In this document: one piece after another, positions 37,991 to 47,744 of the stretch
Position numbering within the stretch: the first letter of the stretch is position 1
Layout: every line of letters begins with the position of its first letter
Source of the DNA: Patescibacteria group bacterium
GTDB lineage: Bacteria > Patescibacteriota > Microgenomatia > UBA12405
Direction: 5' to 3'
Length of the DNA stretch: 64,000 nt
Assembly (NCBI GenBank): GCA_018902845.1
Contig: JAHIPV010000009.1
Coordinates: 8,950 to 72,949 of the forward strand
Translations under genes and position numbers: made by a program
Notes under the pieces: model-generated
What the model saw: only the letters and a program-made list of their open reading frames with translations
Told to the model about the DNA's origin: nothing
Databases searched by the model: none

Positions 37991-39540
37991 GGTGAATAGT
38001 TGACTGAAAAATCATAAAGAATGGGGGTGTTTTGGCCATCAATACTTTTTAAAAATGCCTTATATCTAAAATAGCGACCAATATTGGCACCTAAATAAAT
38101 CCCCTGCCCCTCTGAATCAGTATAAAGATCGTCGGAAAGATCAGTGCCGGCAGGACCATGATAAAGCCATGGACCATCTGCGTTTTCAGAGATAGCCGTT
38201 TGGAAACCGATCAAGGTATTTGGAAATGTTTGGCCAGAAAAACTGATTCTATTAAAAGCAGAAGATTGATTGGTATCCAAAACTGAAGAAATTAAGGTGC
38301 CTTCTGTAAAAAATCCTCCAACCCCGCCGGTTAAATCCATGGCATCAACATAAAAAATAAGAGTTGGGTCTGAATGATCCATTATTTTGGAAAAATATAT
38401 GGCTTCTAAATTATTTTCATAATCTTCCCCTATTTGTTCGTAATCTAAGCTGATTTCTGTCCAAGTTACAGGGGGTATAGTGATAGTCCTCTCGTCCCAT
38501 TGGCCATAAACAGCCGTAACATCTATTTCAATTTCATCTGGAGTGGGATTATAGGCATAAAAATGAAGATTGCGAAAACCGATGGTACAGATCTCATCAT
38601 AATTAAAAATTTTTACCCACGATCGCCATGAACCGGAACTGGGGGAATAAAGTTGGATTTTCATGGAATAACTTGATTCATTGTAAGTAAAATCGGCGGA
38701 GTTGGTGGATATAACACCATTAGAAAAAAATGTTAAAAATTTACACAAAAGCCATTCCCAAAAACCAAGTCCGCTACAATTGGTGCGCCAACCGTTTTGT
38801 AATTGGTCATCATAGATAAGAGATTCAGGTGAACCTCCCTGGCAACCTCCAAGAAGTTCTATTTCCCCGTTATTTATTGTGGGATCAGTGATTTTTACCA
38901 GATCCATTTGACCACCTTCGAAATCGGAAACCGTGCTTTGCTGCCAGGATAAATTATCGTAATAGCGAGTTAAATATTTACTTTGGGTAATTTGACTCGG
39001 ATGTAAACCTGTCCACGAACAGGTGGCTGCTATTTTTTTTGTTGACAAATCAAGGGTTCCGGAAGAATCAACAATGTCACCATTTTGATTGCGATAAACA
39101 GGACTAATGTCTATATAACGGGTAAAATTATCGACAAGCTCCCCGCTGGTAGTAGAGACAAGAGATAAAATTCCACCATCTTCATTAATAATGTAACGAC
39201 CGTTATTTAACAAATTCCAGTCAGCGTGTTGAATATTTTTTGTTTTTTCTAAATATTCAAGATTTAGAGCCGTGGCTTTGGTTTTTTCTTTACCAATCTC
39301 GGCAGTTTCTTGAGAGACAAAAAATAGTCTGGTGACGGCAAAAATAATTGTTGATAAAACTCCTATACATACAAGTATTTCTACTATTGAAAAAGCAAAT
39401 TGCTTGTCATTGCGAGGTAGTCTTTTAGTTCGTTTCAGAAATCCGCCTTTGGCGGATACTTCGCATTCGCGAGAGATCCCTCGACTTCGCTCGGGATGAC
39501 AGAATGGTTTGCTCGGGATGACACTAGTTTTATTTTTCAT
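37987..39540 (-). CDS. Large pilin-like protein whose leader region is encoded by repeat elements
   Basis: FAFSIVEILVCIGVL is a prepilin-like helix. The preceding ~45 aa (HPERSRGISRECEVSAKGGF...) are a translation of repeat modules at 39406-39525. Confidence 0.5.
   Translation of the reverse strand: MKNKTSVIPSKPFCHPERSRGISRECEVSAKGGFLKRTKRLPRNDKQFAFSIVEILVCIGVLSTIIFAVTRLFFVSQETAEIGKEKTKATALNLEYLEKTKNIQHADWNLLNNGRYIINEDGGILSLVSTTSGELVDNFTRYIDISPVYRNQNGDIVDSSGTLDLSTKKIAATCSWTGLHPSQITQSKYLTRYYDNLSWQQSTVSDFEGGQMDLVKITDPTINNGEIELLGGCQGGSPESLIYDDQLQNGWRTNCSGLGFWEWLLCKFLTFFSNGVISTNSADFTYNESSYSMKIQLYSPSSGSWRSWVKIFNYDEICTIGFRNLHFYAYNPTPDEIEIDVTAVYGQWDERTITIPPVTWTEISLDYEQIGEDYENNLEAIYFSKIMDHSDPTLIFYVDAMDLTGGVGGFFTEGTLISSVLDTNQSSAFNRISFSGQTFPNTLIGFQTAISENADGPWLYHGPAGTDLSDDLYTDSEGQGIYLGANIGRYFRYKAFLKSIDGQNTPILYDFSVNYSP
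39406..39525. repeat. Composite GC-rich repeat block inside the 5-prime end of a pilin-like gene
   Basis: Contains GTCATTGCGAGG, AAATCCGCCTTTGGCGGAT and GAGATCCCTCGACTTCGCTCGGGATGACAG modules. Confidence 0.85.
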
Positions 39541-40001
39541 TCTATATTTACAATTCCTAATTTATTAATTGATATTAATTTACTTTGGCCAGTGGTTATA
39601 TCCCGTAAAGTAAAATTTGACGGAGAAGAGTAATTATTTAAATAACCGCTTACTTTGACAAAGGTGGCTGTTTGGTTTGGTAAATTTATATCGACTATTT
39701 GAAGTGTAGAAGGCAGTGTTTTTTCTTGATTCTCGGGATCTGTGGGGGAAAAAGTTTCCCCCCTAAAAAGAACGTAACGACTGGAATCTAAATAAAGGGC
39801 GGACTGGATGCCATTAATTGTCTGGCTTTTGGCCTGATAAATAGTAGACTTGATTTCTGTAGCAAAAAGCTCCAGTTGGTTTTTTCTTTCTAGATTAGAA
39901 AAAGAAAGAATACTAATACCAAAAAGAACGGCCATAAATGACATGACCAGAACAACTTCAACCATGGTAACTCCTCTGTTTTTATTTATTTTAATTTTCA
40001 T
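39537..40001 (-). CDS. Type IV pilin-like protein
   Basis: RGVTMVEVVLVMSFMAVL is a class III signal sequence with Glu at +5. Confidence 0.6.
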   Translation of the reverse strand: MKIKINKNRGVTMVEVVLVMSFMAVLFGISILSFSNLERKNQLELFATEIKSTIYQAKSQTINGIQSALYLDSSRYVLFRGETFSPTDPENQEKTLPSTLQIVDINLPNQTATFVKVSGYLNNYSSPSNFTLRDITTGQSKLISINKLGIVNIE

Positions 40002-40020
40002 TGGTCATTATGAATTATTG

Positions 40021-40101
40021 CCGTCATCCTGAATTTAATTCAGGATCCTTTCGAGATCAAAACTTCCCTTGGGATCCTTCACTGTGTTCAGGATGACGTT
40101 G
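40021..40101. repeat. GC-rich repeat block
   Basis: CGTCATCCTGAATTTAATTCAGGATCC plus GGGATCCTTCAC..TTCAGGATGACG. Confidence 0.8.
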
Positions 40102-40111
40102 TAATTTTGTT

Positions 40112-41326
40112 TTAGTTGGGTTGCAGTTTGCCAATAAGGCTATAAATTGGCGAAATAAATGTTAGAACCATAAAGCCAACGGCAATGCCAACAATAATCA
40201 TCAAAATAGGTTCGAGAAGAGTGATGAAATTCTTTAAGGAATTTTCTACTTCCTCCTGATAAAAAGTAGCAGTGTCTAGCAAAGTTTTTTCTAGGGTTCC
40301 GGTTTTTTCTCCAACGGCAACCATTTGGGTCATTAATGAAGGAAAAATTTTTGCCCGCAAAAAAACTTCGGTGAGAGAAGTTCCTTGTGAAATTTCTTTG
40401 GCAAATTGGTCGGCTAGTTTTTTTTTGCCAGGAAGAATCAAGGACTGACAAGCAATTTCCAGTGATTCCCCTATAGAAACGCCCCCTTTAAGCAGGGCAG
40501 AAAGGCTTTGGTTAAAACGAGTTAGGTTGTAATGAAGCAGAATATCCTTAAGGACGGGCAACTTGCTGGTTATCAAATAGATTAATCTTCCTCCTTTTTT
40601 GCTTCTGAAAAAAAGTGTTAGAAGAAATATTAATACAGGAACAGAAAGAAGAACAGCGAGACTGTTTTTTTGCATAAAAAGGCTGATGTTTAATAAAAGC
40701 TTAGTTAAAGGAGGAAGCTCTACATTAAGATTAGTAAAAACCTTGCCAAGTCGGGGAAGAACAAAAGTTAGCATGAGCAGACCAATGGCAAGCATAAGGC
40801 TGATAATTATGGCCGGATAAAGAAGAGAGCCTATAACTTTTTTGCGTAAATCTTCTTCCCTTTTGAATTGAATGGATAAATGGTTAAAAGACTGGTCTAA
40901 TGTCCCAGATATTTCACCTGTTTTAACCATGGCAAGAAATATATCGTCAAAAAACTTTGGATATTTTCCGAAACTGGAATGAAGGGAAGAACCTTTTCTG
41001 ATAGAAAAACTTATATCTTGAAGTACTTTTTTGACAGTTTTGTTTTCTGTACCCTTGATTAAAAGATTGACCGATTCTTCCAAAGGTAGGCCGGCATTCA
41101 TCATGGTGGAAAGATAGCGACAAATAGAGATTTTTTCTTTAACAGGAAATTTACCCGAAATTTTTATGTCTGCTGACAGAGAGCCTTCTTTTTGTTCTTT
41201 TAAAACAAGGACCTGATAACCTTTGTCCTTGAGGAGGGACTCGGCTTCTTTTTCCGATGAAGCATTGATGATATCGGCGATCAATTTTCCTTTTTTGTCA
41301 GTGGCTTTGTACTTAAAAAGGGGCAT
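40112..41326 (-). CDS. pilC: Type IV pilus assembly platform protein PilC (GspF family). The start is probably the internal Met at 41326.
   Basis: MPLFKYKATDKKGK N-terminus, two T2SSF-like repeats and three TM helices. The track ORF extends 25 codons further upstream. Confidence 0.85.
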   Translation of the reverse strand: MPLFKYKATDKKGKLIADIINASSEKEAESLLKDKGYQVLVLKEQKEGSLSADIKISGKFPVKEKISICRYLSTMMNAGLPLEESVNLLIKGTENKTVKKVLQDISFSIRKGSSLHSSFGKYPKFFDDIFLAMVKTGEISGTLDQSFNHLSIQFKREEDLRKKVIGSLLYPAIIISLMLAIGLLMLTFVLPRLGKVFTNLNVELPPLTKLLLNISLFMQKNSLAVLLSVPVLIFLLTLFFRSKKGGRLIYLITSKLPVLKDILLHYNLTRFNQSLSALLKGGVSIGESLEIACQSLILPGKKKLADQFAKEISQGTSLTEVFLRAKIFPSLMTQMVAVGEKTGTLEKTLLDTATFYQEEVENSLKNFITLLEPILMIIVGIAVGFMVLTFISPIYSLIGKLQPN

Positions 41327-41362
41327 TAAATAAGAATAGCATGGGAATAAGTTTTTTGGGTG

Positions 41363-41391
41363 TTGACTAAGAATACGGATTGTTGTAGAAT
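41363..41391 (+). promoter_or_regulatory. Candidate promoter TTGACT-17-TAGAAT with a TTGTACAA palindrome, upstream of abiEi
   Basis: Read directly from the sequence. The AbiEi ATG at 41403 is about 12 nt from the -10 element. Confidence 0.4.
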
Positions 41392-41402
41392 TGTACAACA
41401 AA

Positions 41403-42002
41403 ATGAAATATATAGATTTTTTAAGACATTTTGATAAGAGACAAATAATATCTACCCAAAATGTTAGAAATAAATTTGGAAATATAGATAGGCATCATTT
41501 TAGCGTTTGGGTTAAAAAAGGCTGGCTTGTTGCAATTAAAAAAGGTTTTTATGCTTTACCGCAGAAAGATTTAGACGTGCATTTAATTGCAAACAGAGTC
41601 AATAAATCATATATATCTTTGGAATATGCTTTGTCTTTTTACCAAATAATTCCCGAAATAACTCGCGTGATTACCAGTGTTTCTTGCGAAAGAGCAGAAA
41701 AATTTGAAAATGATTTTGGGACTTTCAGTTATTATAAAATTAAGTCTGATTTGTTTACCGGTTATGTAAAGAGAGAGTCAAAACTTAAGGATGTGTTTTT
41801 TAAAATAGCAAGCCCTGAAAAGGCGTTGTTTGATTTGGTTTATTTTAGGGACGATTTAAGAAGTAAAAATGACTTAATAGAATTAAGGTTAAATTTAGAA
41901 AAAAAAATAGATTTGAGAAAAGTCTATAGTTATGTTGAATTAATTCAATCAAAAATAATAAAAAAACGATTATTAAATTTTTTTGATTACTTAAATGCTT
42001 GA
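41403..42002 (+). CDS. AbiEi-family antitoxin/transcriptional regulator
   Basis: N-terminal wHTH-like region and the segment NRVNKSYISLEYALSFYQIIPE. Paired with the downstream AbiEii gene. The track start at 41391 is a TTG. Confidence 0.55.
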   Translation: MKYIDFLRHFDKRQIISTQNVRNKFGNIDRHHFSVWVKKGWLVAIKKGFYALPQKDLDVHLIANRVNKSYISLEYALSFYQIIPEITRVITSVSCERAEKFENDFGTFSYYKIKSDLFTGYVKRESKLKDVFFKIASPEKALFDLVYFRDDLRSKNDLIELRLNLEKKIDLRKVYSYVELIQSKIIKKRLLNFFDYLNA

Positions 42003-42834
42003 TTTTAAAGAGATAAAAAAATATTTTCCTTTAAATGAGTCCCGTTTAGACAGGGCGGTATTAGTGGAATATTTGCAATACAAAATATTAGAGATTTTGT
42101 TTGAATCTAAATTTGGTGAAAAATTGGTTTTTATGGGTGGAACTAGCGCGAGAATTATTTATGGAAATGATAGATTTTCTGAAGATTTGGATTTAGACGG
42201 ATATGCTTTAAAAAAAGATGATTTTGGTTTGATGATAAAAAATTTAGCGTTGAATTTAAAAAGAGAAGCCTTTGAAGTTGAATATAGAAATGTTTATAAA
42301 GGAGTGTTTAGGTGCTATTTAAAATTTCTAAATTTATTGCAAAAATTTAATTTGACAGATTATGAAACTGAAAAAATATTGATACAACTTGATATTAATC
42401 AAAAAAAGGGAAAAGTAAAATTTGAAACAAGAATTATTAATAAATTTGATGTTTTTGCTGAAATTAGAGTATATCCAATAGACATGCTTTTATCTCAAAA
42501 AATAATTGCACTTTTAAACAGAAAGCGACCTAAAGGCAGAGATATTTATGATATTGTTTTTTTGTTTTCAAAAACACAACCTGAGTGGAATTTATTGAAA
42601 AAAGAAATTGGTATAGAAGGAAAGTCAGAATTGAAAGAAAAATTTGAAATTTTTTGTGAAAAAAATGATTTGAAAAAATTGGCTAGAGATGTAGAGCCTT
42701 TTTTGATTAAATCAAAAAAAATTATTCAGGTGGAAAAATTTAGAGATTGGGTAAAAACAAGTTATTCTTTGGTGGCGGCGAAGATTTCTTCGATAGTAGT
42801 AAATCCAGAGGCAATTTTGTCAAAACCGTCTTGA
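41995..42834 (+). CDS. AbiEii/AbiGii-family nucleotidyltransferase toxin (DUF1814)
   Basis: The motif MGGTSARIIYGNDRFSEDLDLD is typical of AbiEii. The 3-prime end overlaps the pilB 3-prime end by 73 nt on the opposite strand. Confidence 0.7.
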   Translation: MLDFKEIKKYFPLNESRLDRAVLVEYLQYKILEILFESKFGEKLVFMGGTSARIIYGNDRFSEDLDLDGYALKKDDFGLMIKNLALNLKREAFEVEYRNVYKGVFRCYLKFLNLLQKFNLTDYETEKILIQLDINQKKGKVKFETRIINKFDVFAEIRVYPIDMLLSQKIIALLNRKRPKGRDIYDIVFLFSKTQPEWNLLKKEIGIEGKSELKEKFEIFCEKNDLKKLARDVEPFLIKSKKIIQVEKFRDWVKTSYSLVAAKISSIVVNPEAILSKPS

Positions 42835-44456
42835 AGCATGGTTACCATACCAGCCTTGACAGCGGCTTTTTTGATTTCTTCTTCGTTGGTCATTTTGAGA
42901 GTAAGTTGGCGAATCTCATCGTTAACTTCCATAACCTCGTAAATACCGACCCGCCCCCTGTATCCAGTTTGATTACATTTTTCACAACCCTTGCCTTTGT
43001 AAAACTTTTGTTTGTCAAAATTTTTACCAAGAGATTTATTGATATGGTCTAATGTTTCTTGACTGGGTTTGAATTCTCCAACACAAGCGGGACAAATACG
43101 GCGGACAAGTCTTTGGGCAATAACTATATTGATAGTGGAAGATAGTAAATATCCTTCGGTACCCATATCCAAAAAACGGGGAATTGCGCCAGGAGCAGAA
43201 TTAGTGTGAAGTGTAGAAAGAACCAGATGGCCGGTAAGAGCCGAATGGACGGCCATATTGGCAGTTTCGGTATCTCTAATTTCACCGACCATGATAATGT
43301 CAGGATCGTGCCTAAGTAAAGATCTAAGACCAACATTAAAATCTAAACCTGTTTTGTGATTGACCTGGATTTGACTGATACGAGGCATACTATACTCAAC
43401 CGGATCCTCAATGGTACAAATTTTGACCTTGATTGTATTAAGAATGTTTAAAATACTATAAAGAGTAGTGGTTTTGCCTGATCCTGTGGGTCCGGTAACC
43501 AGAATCATACCGTTAGGTTTTTTGATGTTTCTTTTGACTATTTCCAAACTAACTGCCGATAAACCGAGTTCTTCTAAATTTAAGGGGCGCGAAGAGGTTG
43601 GTAGAAGTCTTAAAACAATATTTTCTCCAAAAAAACTGGGTATAATAGAAACACGTATACCTATTGAGATTTCATCTACCTTGAATTTGAAACGACCATC
43701 TTGAGGCACCCTATGTTCGTCAATTTTTAGATTAGATAAAACTTTTATTCTGGCAACTATAGCCGGCTGAATGTCTTTGGGAAGAATCAAAACATCAGAC
43801 AATACACCGTCAACTCTCAATCTAACAATAAGAGAGTCTGATTGGGTTTCAAAATGAAGGTCGGAAGCATTTTCGGCGGCAGCATATTCAAGTATGGCAT
43901 CTAAAATTTTTACTACCGGCAAATTGGTAGCTACTTTAAGCAACTTTTCTACCGTGTCTTTTTCTGTAACAGAACCGGCTTTTTTTATATTTTGGGTAAT
44001 AATATCTTTAAACTTTTTTTTGATGTCACGCTTATATTGGTTTAAAGCTCTGGCAAGGTCAGCCGGACTGGTAAAAAAAACAGAAACAGGAAGGTCAACT
44101 TGACGTTTGGCGGTTTCTAGGGCTTCAAAGTTTTGCGGATCTTCCATGGCCAAAGACAGTCCCTTGTCGGTTTTTTCAAATGGAATCATGCGATAACGAC
44201 GGGCTAGGTTTTCCGGTATCAGATCTAATATTTCATCAGGGATTAAGTAGTTTTTTAGCGGTACATAGGGAAGATTTAAGCTTTCTGCGACAAGACGGGT
44301 CAAAACCTCTTCTGACAAAAGACCCCTAAAAACAAGCGTATCGGCCAAAGATCTGTCTAAATCCTTGGAGGCTTTATAGGCTTCTTCCAAATCTTGACTT
44401 GAAAGAAACTTGTTTTTTTTTAAAATTTCGTAAAGTGTTTCTTCGTATTTTTTCAT
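42762..44456 (-). CDS. pilB: Type IV pilus assembly ATPase PilB (GspE family)
   Basis: GSPII_E N-terminal domain, Walker A VTGPTGSGKTTT, Asp box, and a C-terminal CxxC zinc motif pair (CPAC, CEKC). Confidence 0.9.
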   Translation of the reverse strand: MKKYEETLYEILKKNKFLSSQDLEEAYKASKDLDRSLADTLVFRGLLSEEVLTRLVAESLNLPYVPLKNYLIPDEILDLIPENLARRYRMIPFEKTDKGLSLAMEDPQNFEALETAKRQVDLPVSVFFTSPADLARALNQYKRDIKKKFKDIITQNIKKAGSVTEKDTVEKLLKVATNLPVVKILDAILEYAAAENASDLHFETQSDSLIVRLRVDGVLSDVLILPKDIQPAIVARIKVLSNLKIDEHRVPQDGRFKFKVDEISIGIRVSIIPSFFGENIVLRLLPTSSRPLNLEELGLSAVSLEIVKRNIKKPNGMILVTGPTGSGKTTTLYSILNILNTIKVKICTIEDPVEYSMPRISQIQVNHKTGLDFNVGLRSLLRHDPDIIMVGEIRDTETANMAVHSALTGHLVLSTLHTNSAPGAIPRFLDMGTEGYLLSSTINIVIAQRLVRRICPACVGEFKPSQETLDHINKSLGKNFDKQKFYKGKGCEKCNQTGYRGRVGIYEVMEVNDEIRQLTLKMTNEEEIKKAAVKAGMVTMLQDGFDKIASGFTTIEEIFAATKE

Positions 44457-44462
44457 GATAGT

Positions 44463-44578
44463 TTGTCATTCCGACCGAAGTGGAGGAATCCCTGAATTTA
44501 TTTCAGAAATCCCGCCATAGGCGGGATACCTCAGACAAGCTGAGAGATCCTTCGGCTACGCTCAGGATGACGGAGGCA
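44463..44578. repeat. Composite repeat element, second copy of the 21012-21170 family
   Basis: Near-identical string shared with 21012-21170. Confidence 0.85.
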
Positions 44579-44930
44579 GGTAATTTTTGATTTTTTCCAA
44601 CAGTTCAAGCGGATTTAAGTCTGCTTTTAATATAAATTCTTTGGCTCCGTTTTCTAGAGCCTCTTTTTTGGCATCTTGGCTCATTAGATTAGTATAAAGC
44701 AGGACGGTTGTATTTTTGTTTATTCCTTTTTTGATTTCTTTAAGAAGATTTAAGCCGTCAATTTTTGGAAGCATGATATCAAGCAAGATCAGATCAAACT
44801 TATCCTTTATTTTTTCTAAAGCATCTTGTCCGTCTAAAGACAAGTGAACTTGGTGCTGATCTTTTTGCAATTTGGTGGAATATATTTTGGAATTAAGCAT
44901 GTCGTCGTCGACGATAAGGAGTTTAGCCAT
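44562..44930 (-). CDS. Single-domain response regulator (REC only)
   Basis: LLIVDDD...LILLDIMLPKIDGLNLLKEIKK receiver motifs; 122 aa. Confidence 0.75.
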   Translation of the reverse strand: MAKLLIVDDDMLNSKIYSTKLQKDQHQVHLSLDGQDALEKIKDKFDLILLDIMLPKIDGLNLLKEIKKGINKNTTVLLYTNLMSQDAKKEALENGAKEFILKADLNPLELLEKIKNYLPPSS

Positions 44931-45111
44931 GAATTGTGGTGTTTTTTATTAAATTAATTAAATCCTGATTAGAATCATAGGCTTTTTGAAGTAGATTGGA
45001 GTTTTTGTCTGATTGTTTTTTGTCATCCAAAATAAGAGCCAAGCAATTTTTTATAATAGATAATTTTCCCAAAAAATCGTGAGAGTTTACTTTTATATTC
45101 ATGTTGTTTCT

Positions 45112-45177
45112 AAAATCCGCCCTTGGCGGATATCTCGCATTCGCGAGAGATCCCTCCGCTACGGTCGGGATGACAAT
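45112..45177. repeat. GC-rich repeat block
   Basis: AAATCCGCCCTTGGCGGAT plus GAGATCCCTCCGCTACGGTCGGGATGACA. Confidence 0.8.
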
Positions 45178-45179
45178 AA

Positions 45180-45572
45180 CTAATTAATTTTTAAAAAACG
45201 GTTAACATTTTCGATAAACTCACCTGGAGTTAGGTCGCTTTTGATAAGATAGCCGGCTACTCCCATAGCAACACTATCTGCAATGGCGGTATCTTTGCTC
45301 AGGTTGGTTAAAACCACAATTTTGCCATTGGCTTTTTTTGGTTTGGGATCATTTTTTAACTTTTTTAAGATTTCTAGGCCATCGATTTTGGGAAGCATGA
45401 TATCAAGTAAGATCAGATCATAACCACCTTTTAAAATAGCCAAATAACCATCGTAGCCATTGGCAGCTTGATCAACGGAAAAACCTTCTTCGGTCAAAAT
45501 GTCAACATAAAGCTCCCTTAAATAAATTTCATCTTCAACAACTAGTATTTTTTTGTTTGATAAGTTAGTCAT
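45180..45572 (-). CDS. Single-domain response regulator (REC only)
   Basis: KILVVEDE...LILLDIMLPKIDGLEILKKLK; 130 aa. Confidence 0.75.
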   Translation of the reverse strand: MTNLSNKKILVVEDEIYLRELYVDILTEEGFSVDQAANGYDGYLAILKGGYDLILLDIMLPKIDGLEILKKLKNDPKPKKANGKIVVLTNLSKDTAIADSVAMGVAGYLIKSDLTPGEFIENVNRFLKIN

Positions 45573-47709
45573 TGTATTTTGGAAGAGAAAAAATAAAAGT
45601 GCTTCCTTCGCCTACTTTTGATTGTACCCATATTCTACCCTTATGCAAACCAATGATTTGTTTTGCTATATAAAGACCCAGTCCAGTACCGGGAGTTTCG
45701 GCTAGTTTGGCAAACGAGCCACCAAGGCGTCCAAATTTTTTGAAAAGGTTTGGCATGCTTCTTTTGGGAATTCCGGGGCCGGTATCCTTGATACTGGTTT
45801 CTATTTTGCCATTTTTGTCTTGGAAAAAAATCTGGACAGAGCCTTTTGGCGGGGTGAATTTAATGGCATTGCTGATTATGTTTTGGAGGACTTCTGTTAT
45901 TTTGTGTTCGTCGGCTCTGGTAAAAGATTTAAACTCTGGTTTTTCAAAAGAGAATTTTATTTGCTTTTCGTCGGCTTTTATTTTTAGTTCATCAAAAACT
46001 TGCTTGGCCAATAAGGCAAGATCTAATTTGACAAAGTTAAGATCAAGACGACGGCCTTCGATTCTGGAAATAGTAAGCATATCTTTAACTAGGGTTATTG
46101 TTCTTTCGGTTGATATATAAGCCCTGTTTAGATTTGTTGTGAGTTTTTGGCTGAGTTCTTTTTTGTGTTTATTAAGCGCCAGCCATAAGTAGCTTTTTAT
46201 GGCGGTCATTGGAGTTCGAAGTTCATGAGAAGCAATTGAAACAAATTCGTCTTTTAGAGAAGATAATTCTTTTAATCTTAAATTGGCTTTTTTAAGCTTA
46301 AGAGTAGCTTTGTCGATTTCTCCTCTAAGGGTTTCACTAAATTGCTGAATTTCGTAATAAGCCAGTGAGTTTTGGATAGCTACTGCCATTTGAGAAGCCA
46401 AAATTTCTAAAATCTCTATATCTTGTGATGAGTAAATATCACCAGAAGATTTTTCTCCTAAAAGTAAAAGTCCTATTTTCTTGTTTTCGATTTTTAAGGA
46501 AATTGAAAAAGCAGTTTGGGTCTGGTACATGGCTTTTTTACTTGATGTTTCATCCAGTTCTTCTAAAACGATGACATTTTTGGGAGATTTGTAAAGGGTT
46601 AATATGCTTTTTTCATTAAGATTTATATTATCAGGATAAGTGTGAAGAGATAACTTCTTGGATAGGTTTTTATTTTTAAGAAAAATAGCTCCGTAAGAAA
46701 TTTTCATTTCTTCAGTTAGTTTCTGTAAAAAAAATTGATTTAAATCTTTTAGAAGAATGGTAGAAGACATGAGTTTTCCCATGTTTTTTAAAAGTTTTTC
46801 CGGGTGATACCTTTTTTTATAAAATATCTCATCGGTGTTTTTTTCTAAGTAGCTTCTTAGTGGTTGAAAAGAGAAAGCCATTATTAGAGATAAAAAGGTG
46901 GAAAGTATAAACTCTTGTTTACTGGTCATATTGACCATAAGAAAATTACCAAGAATAGAAAAGGTTCCGGCATAAAGACCGGCGAGAATGGTTAAAAGGA
47001 GAAAATAAATGAGAAGTTTGACAAAGATAAGGCGAATATCAAGAAGCCTGTGTTTAATTATGGCATAGCTAATAATGGCGATCATAAAGGTGATAAATAT
47101 AGGGCCTATGTGAATATATTTGTAGTTACCAAAAAGAGGAAGAAAAATATTAAAAGGAAGAGCACCTATTAAAGGAAAAAAAACAGACAAAAGAATAAGA
47201 CGAAGTTGAGCTTTTTGAAAACCTCGAGAATTAAGGAATTTTTTAACAAGTTTGATTACAGCCCAAGCAAAAAAAATACAAAAATAAAGAATCCAAAAAG
47301 GATAGATTGGCCCAAGAGAAACTACTGGGCCGTGAGGACTTGGATTTATTTTTTGAATAAAAAAATTTGAAAAGATGAGAAGATAGATTATAAAAGTGGG
47401 TATGCCGGCAAATACAAGGTTTTGGTTTTTTGAAGGTAGTTTTTTTTCAGTAAGAATATGAGCGAAATAAACAAAAGAAGACGGAACTAAAGTGCCTGAA
47501 ATATAAATAAGTCGATCCCAAAACAGAGCCACGGGGATGTTGGTAGAAGCGCGAAAAAAGGCAATGGAAAGTGGCCAAAGAGAAGCATTAAGAATAAAAA
47601 TAGCAAAGGAACTATTGGTGGTATTTTTTTGATTACGAAAATATACGATAAAAGCAAGGACTAGGTTAACGAAACTAATGAAAAGAAGAAAAAGACTAAT
47701 AAAATCCAT
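45565..47709 (-). CDS. Sensor histidine kinase with a polytopic N-terminal sensor domain and a GAF-like region
   Basis: About 8 N-terminal TM helices, a central GAF-like region, the HisKA H-box SHELRTPMTAI, and HATPase_c with G-boxes. Confidence 0.8.
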   Translation of the reverse strand: MDFISLFLLFISFVNLVLAFIVYFRNQKNTTNSSFAIFILNASLWPLSIAFFRASTNIPVALFWDRLIYISGTLVPSSFVYFAHILTEKKLPSKNQNLVFAGIPTFIIYLLIFSNFFIQKINPSPHGPVVSLGPIYPFWILYFCIFFAWAVIKLVKKFLNSRGFQKAQLRLILLSVFFPLIGALPFNIFLPLFGNYKYIHIGPIFITFMIAIISYAIIKHRLLDIRLIFVKLLIYFLLLTILAGLYAGTFSILGNFLMVNMTSKQEFILSTFLSLIMAFSFQPLRSYLEKNTDEIFYKKRYHPEKLLKNMGKLMSSTILLKDLNQFFLQKLTEEMKISYGAIFLKNKNLSKKLSLHTYPDNINLNEKSILTLYKSPKNVIVLEELDETSSKKAMYQTQTAFSISLKIENKKIGLLLLGEKSSGDIYSSQDIEILEILASQMAVAIQNSLAYYEIQQFSETLRGEIDKATLKLKKANLRLKELSSLKDEFVSIASHELRTPMTAIKSYLWLALNKHKKELSQKLTTNLNRAYISTERTITLVKDMLTISRIEGRRLDLNFVKLDLALLAKQVFDELKIKADEKQIKFSFEKPEFKSFTRADEHKITEVLQNIISNAIKFTPPKGSVQIFFQDKNGKIETSIKDTGPGIPKRSMPNLFKKFGRLGGSFAKLAETPGTGLGLYIAKQIIGLHKGRIWVQSKVGEGSTFIFSLPKYND

Positions 47710-47744
47710 TAAGAAATTTTAGCATGAGAAGAAAATAACTTGCC

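Noticed and set aside
41327-41401. 25-codon N-terminal extension of pilC, and a TTG start at 41391 for abiEi
   Set aside because: The internal Met gives the canonical PilC N-terminus MPLFKYKATDKKGK. The extension would overlap the abiEi promoter. For abiEi, the ATG at 41403 sits correctly downstream of the -10 element.
44931-45110. 59-aa minus-strand ORF (MNIKVNSHDFLGKLSIIKN...) upstream of the first receiver gene
   Set aside because: It is below the size threshold and has no motif. Its stop overlaps the receiver gene start. It is possibly real, but unsupported.
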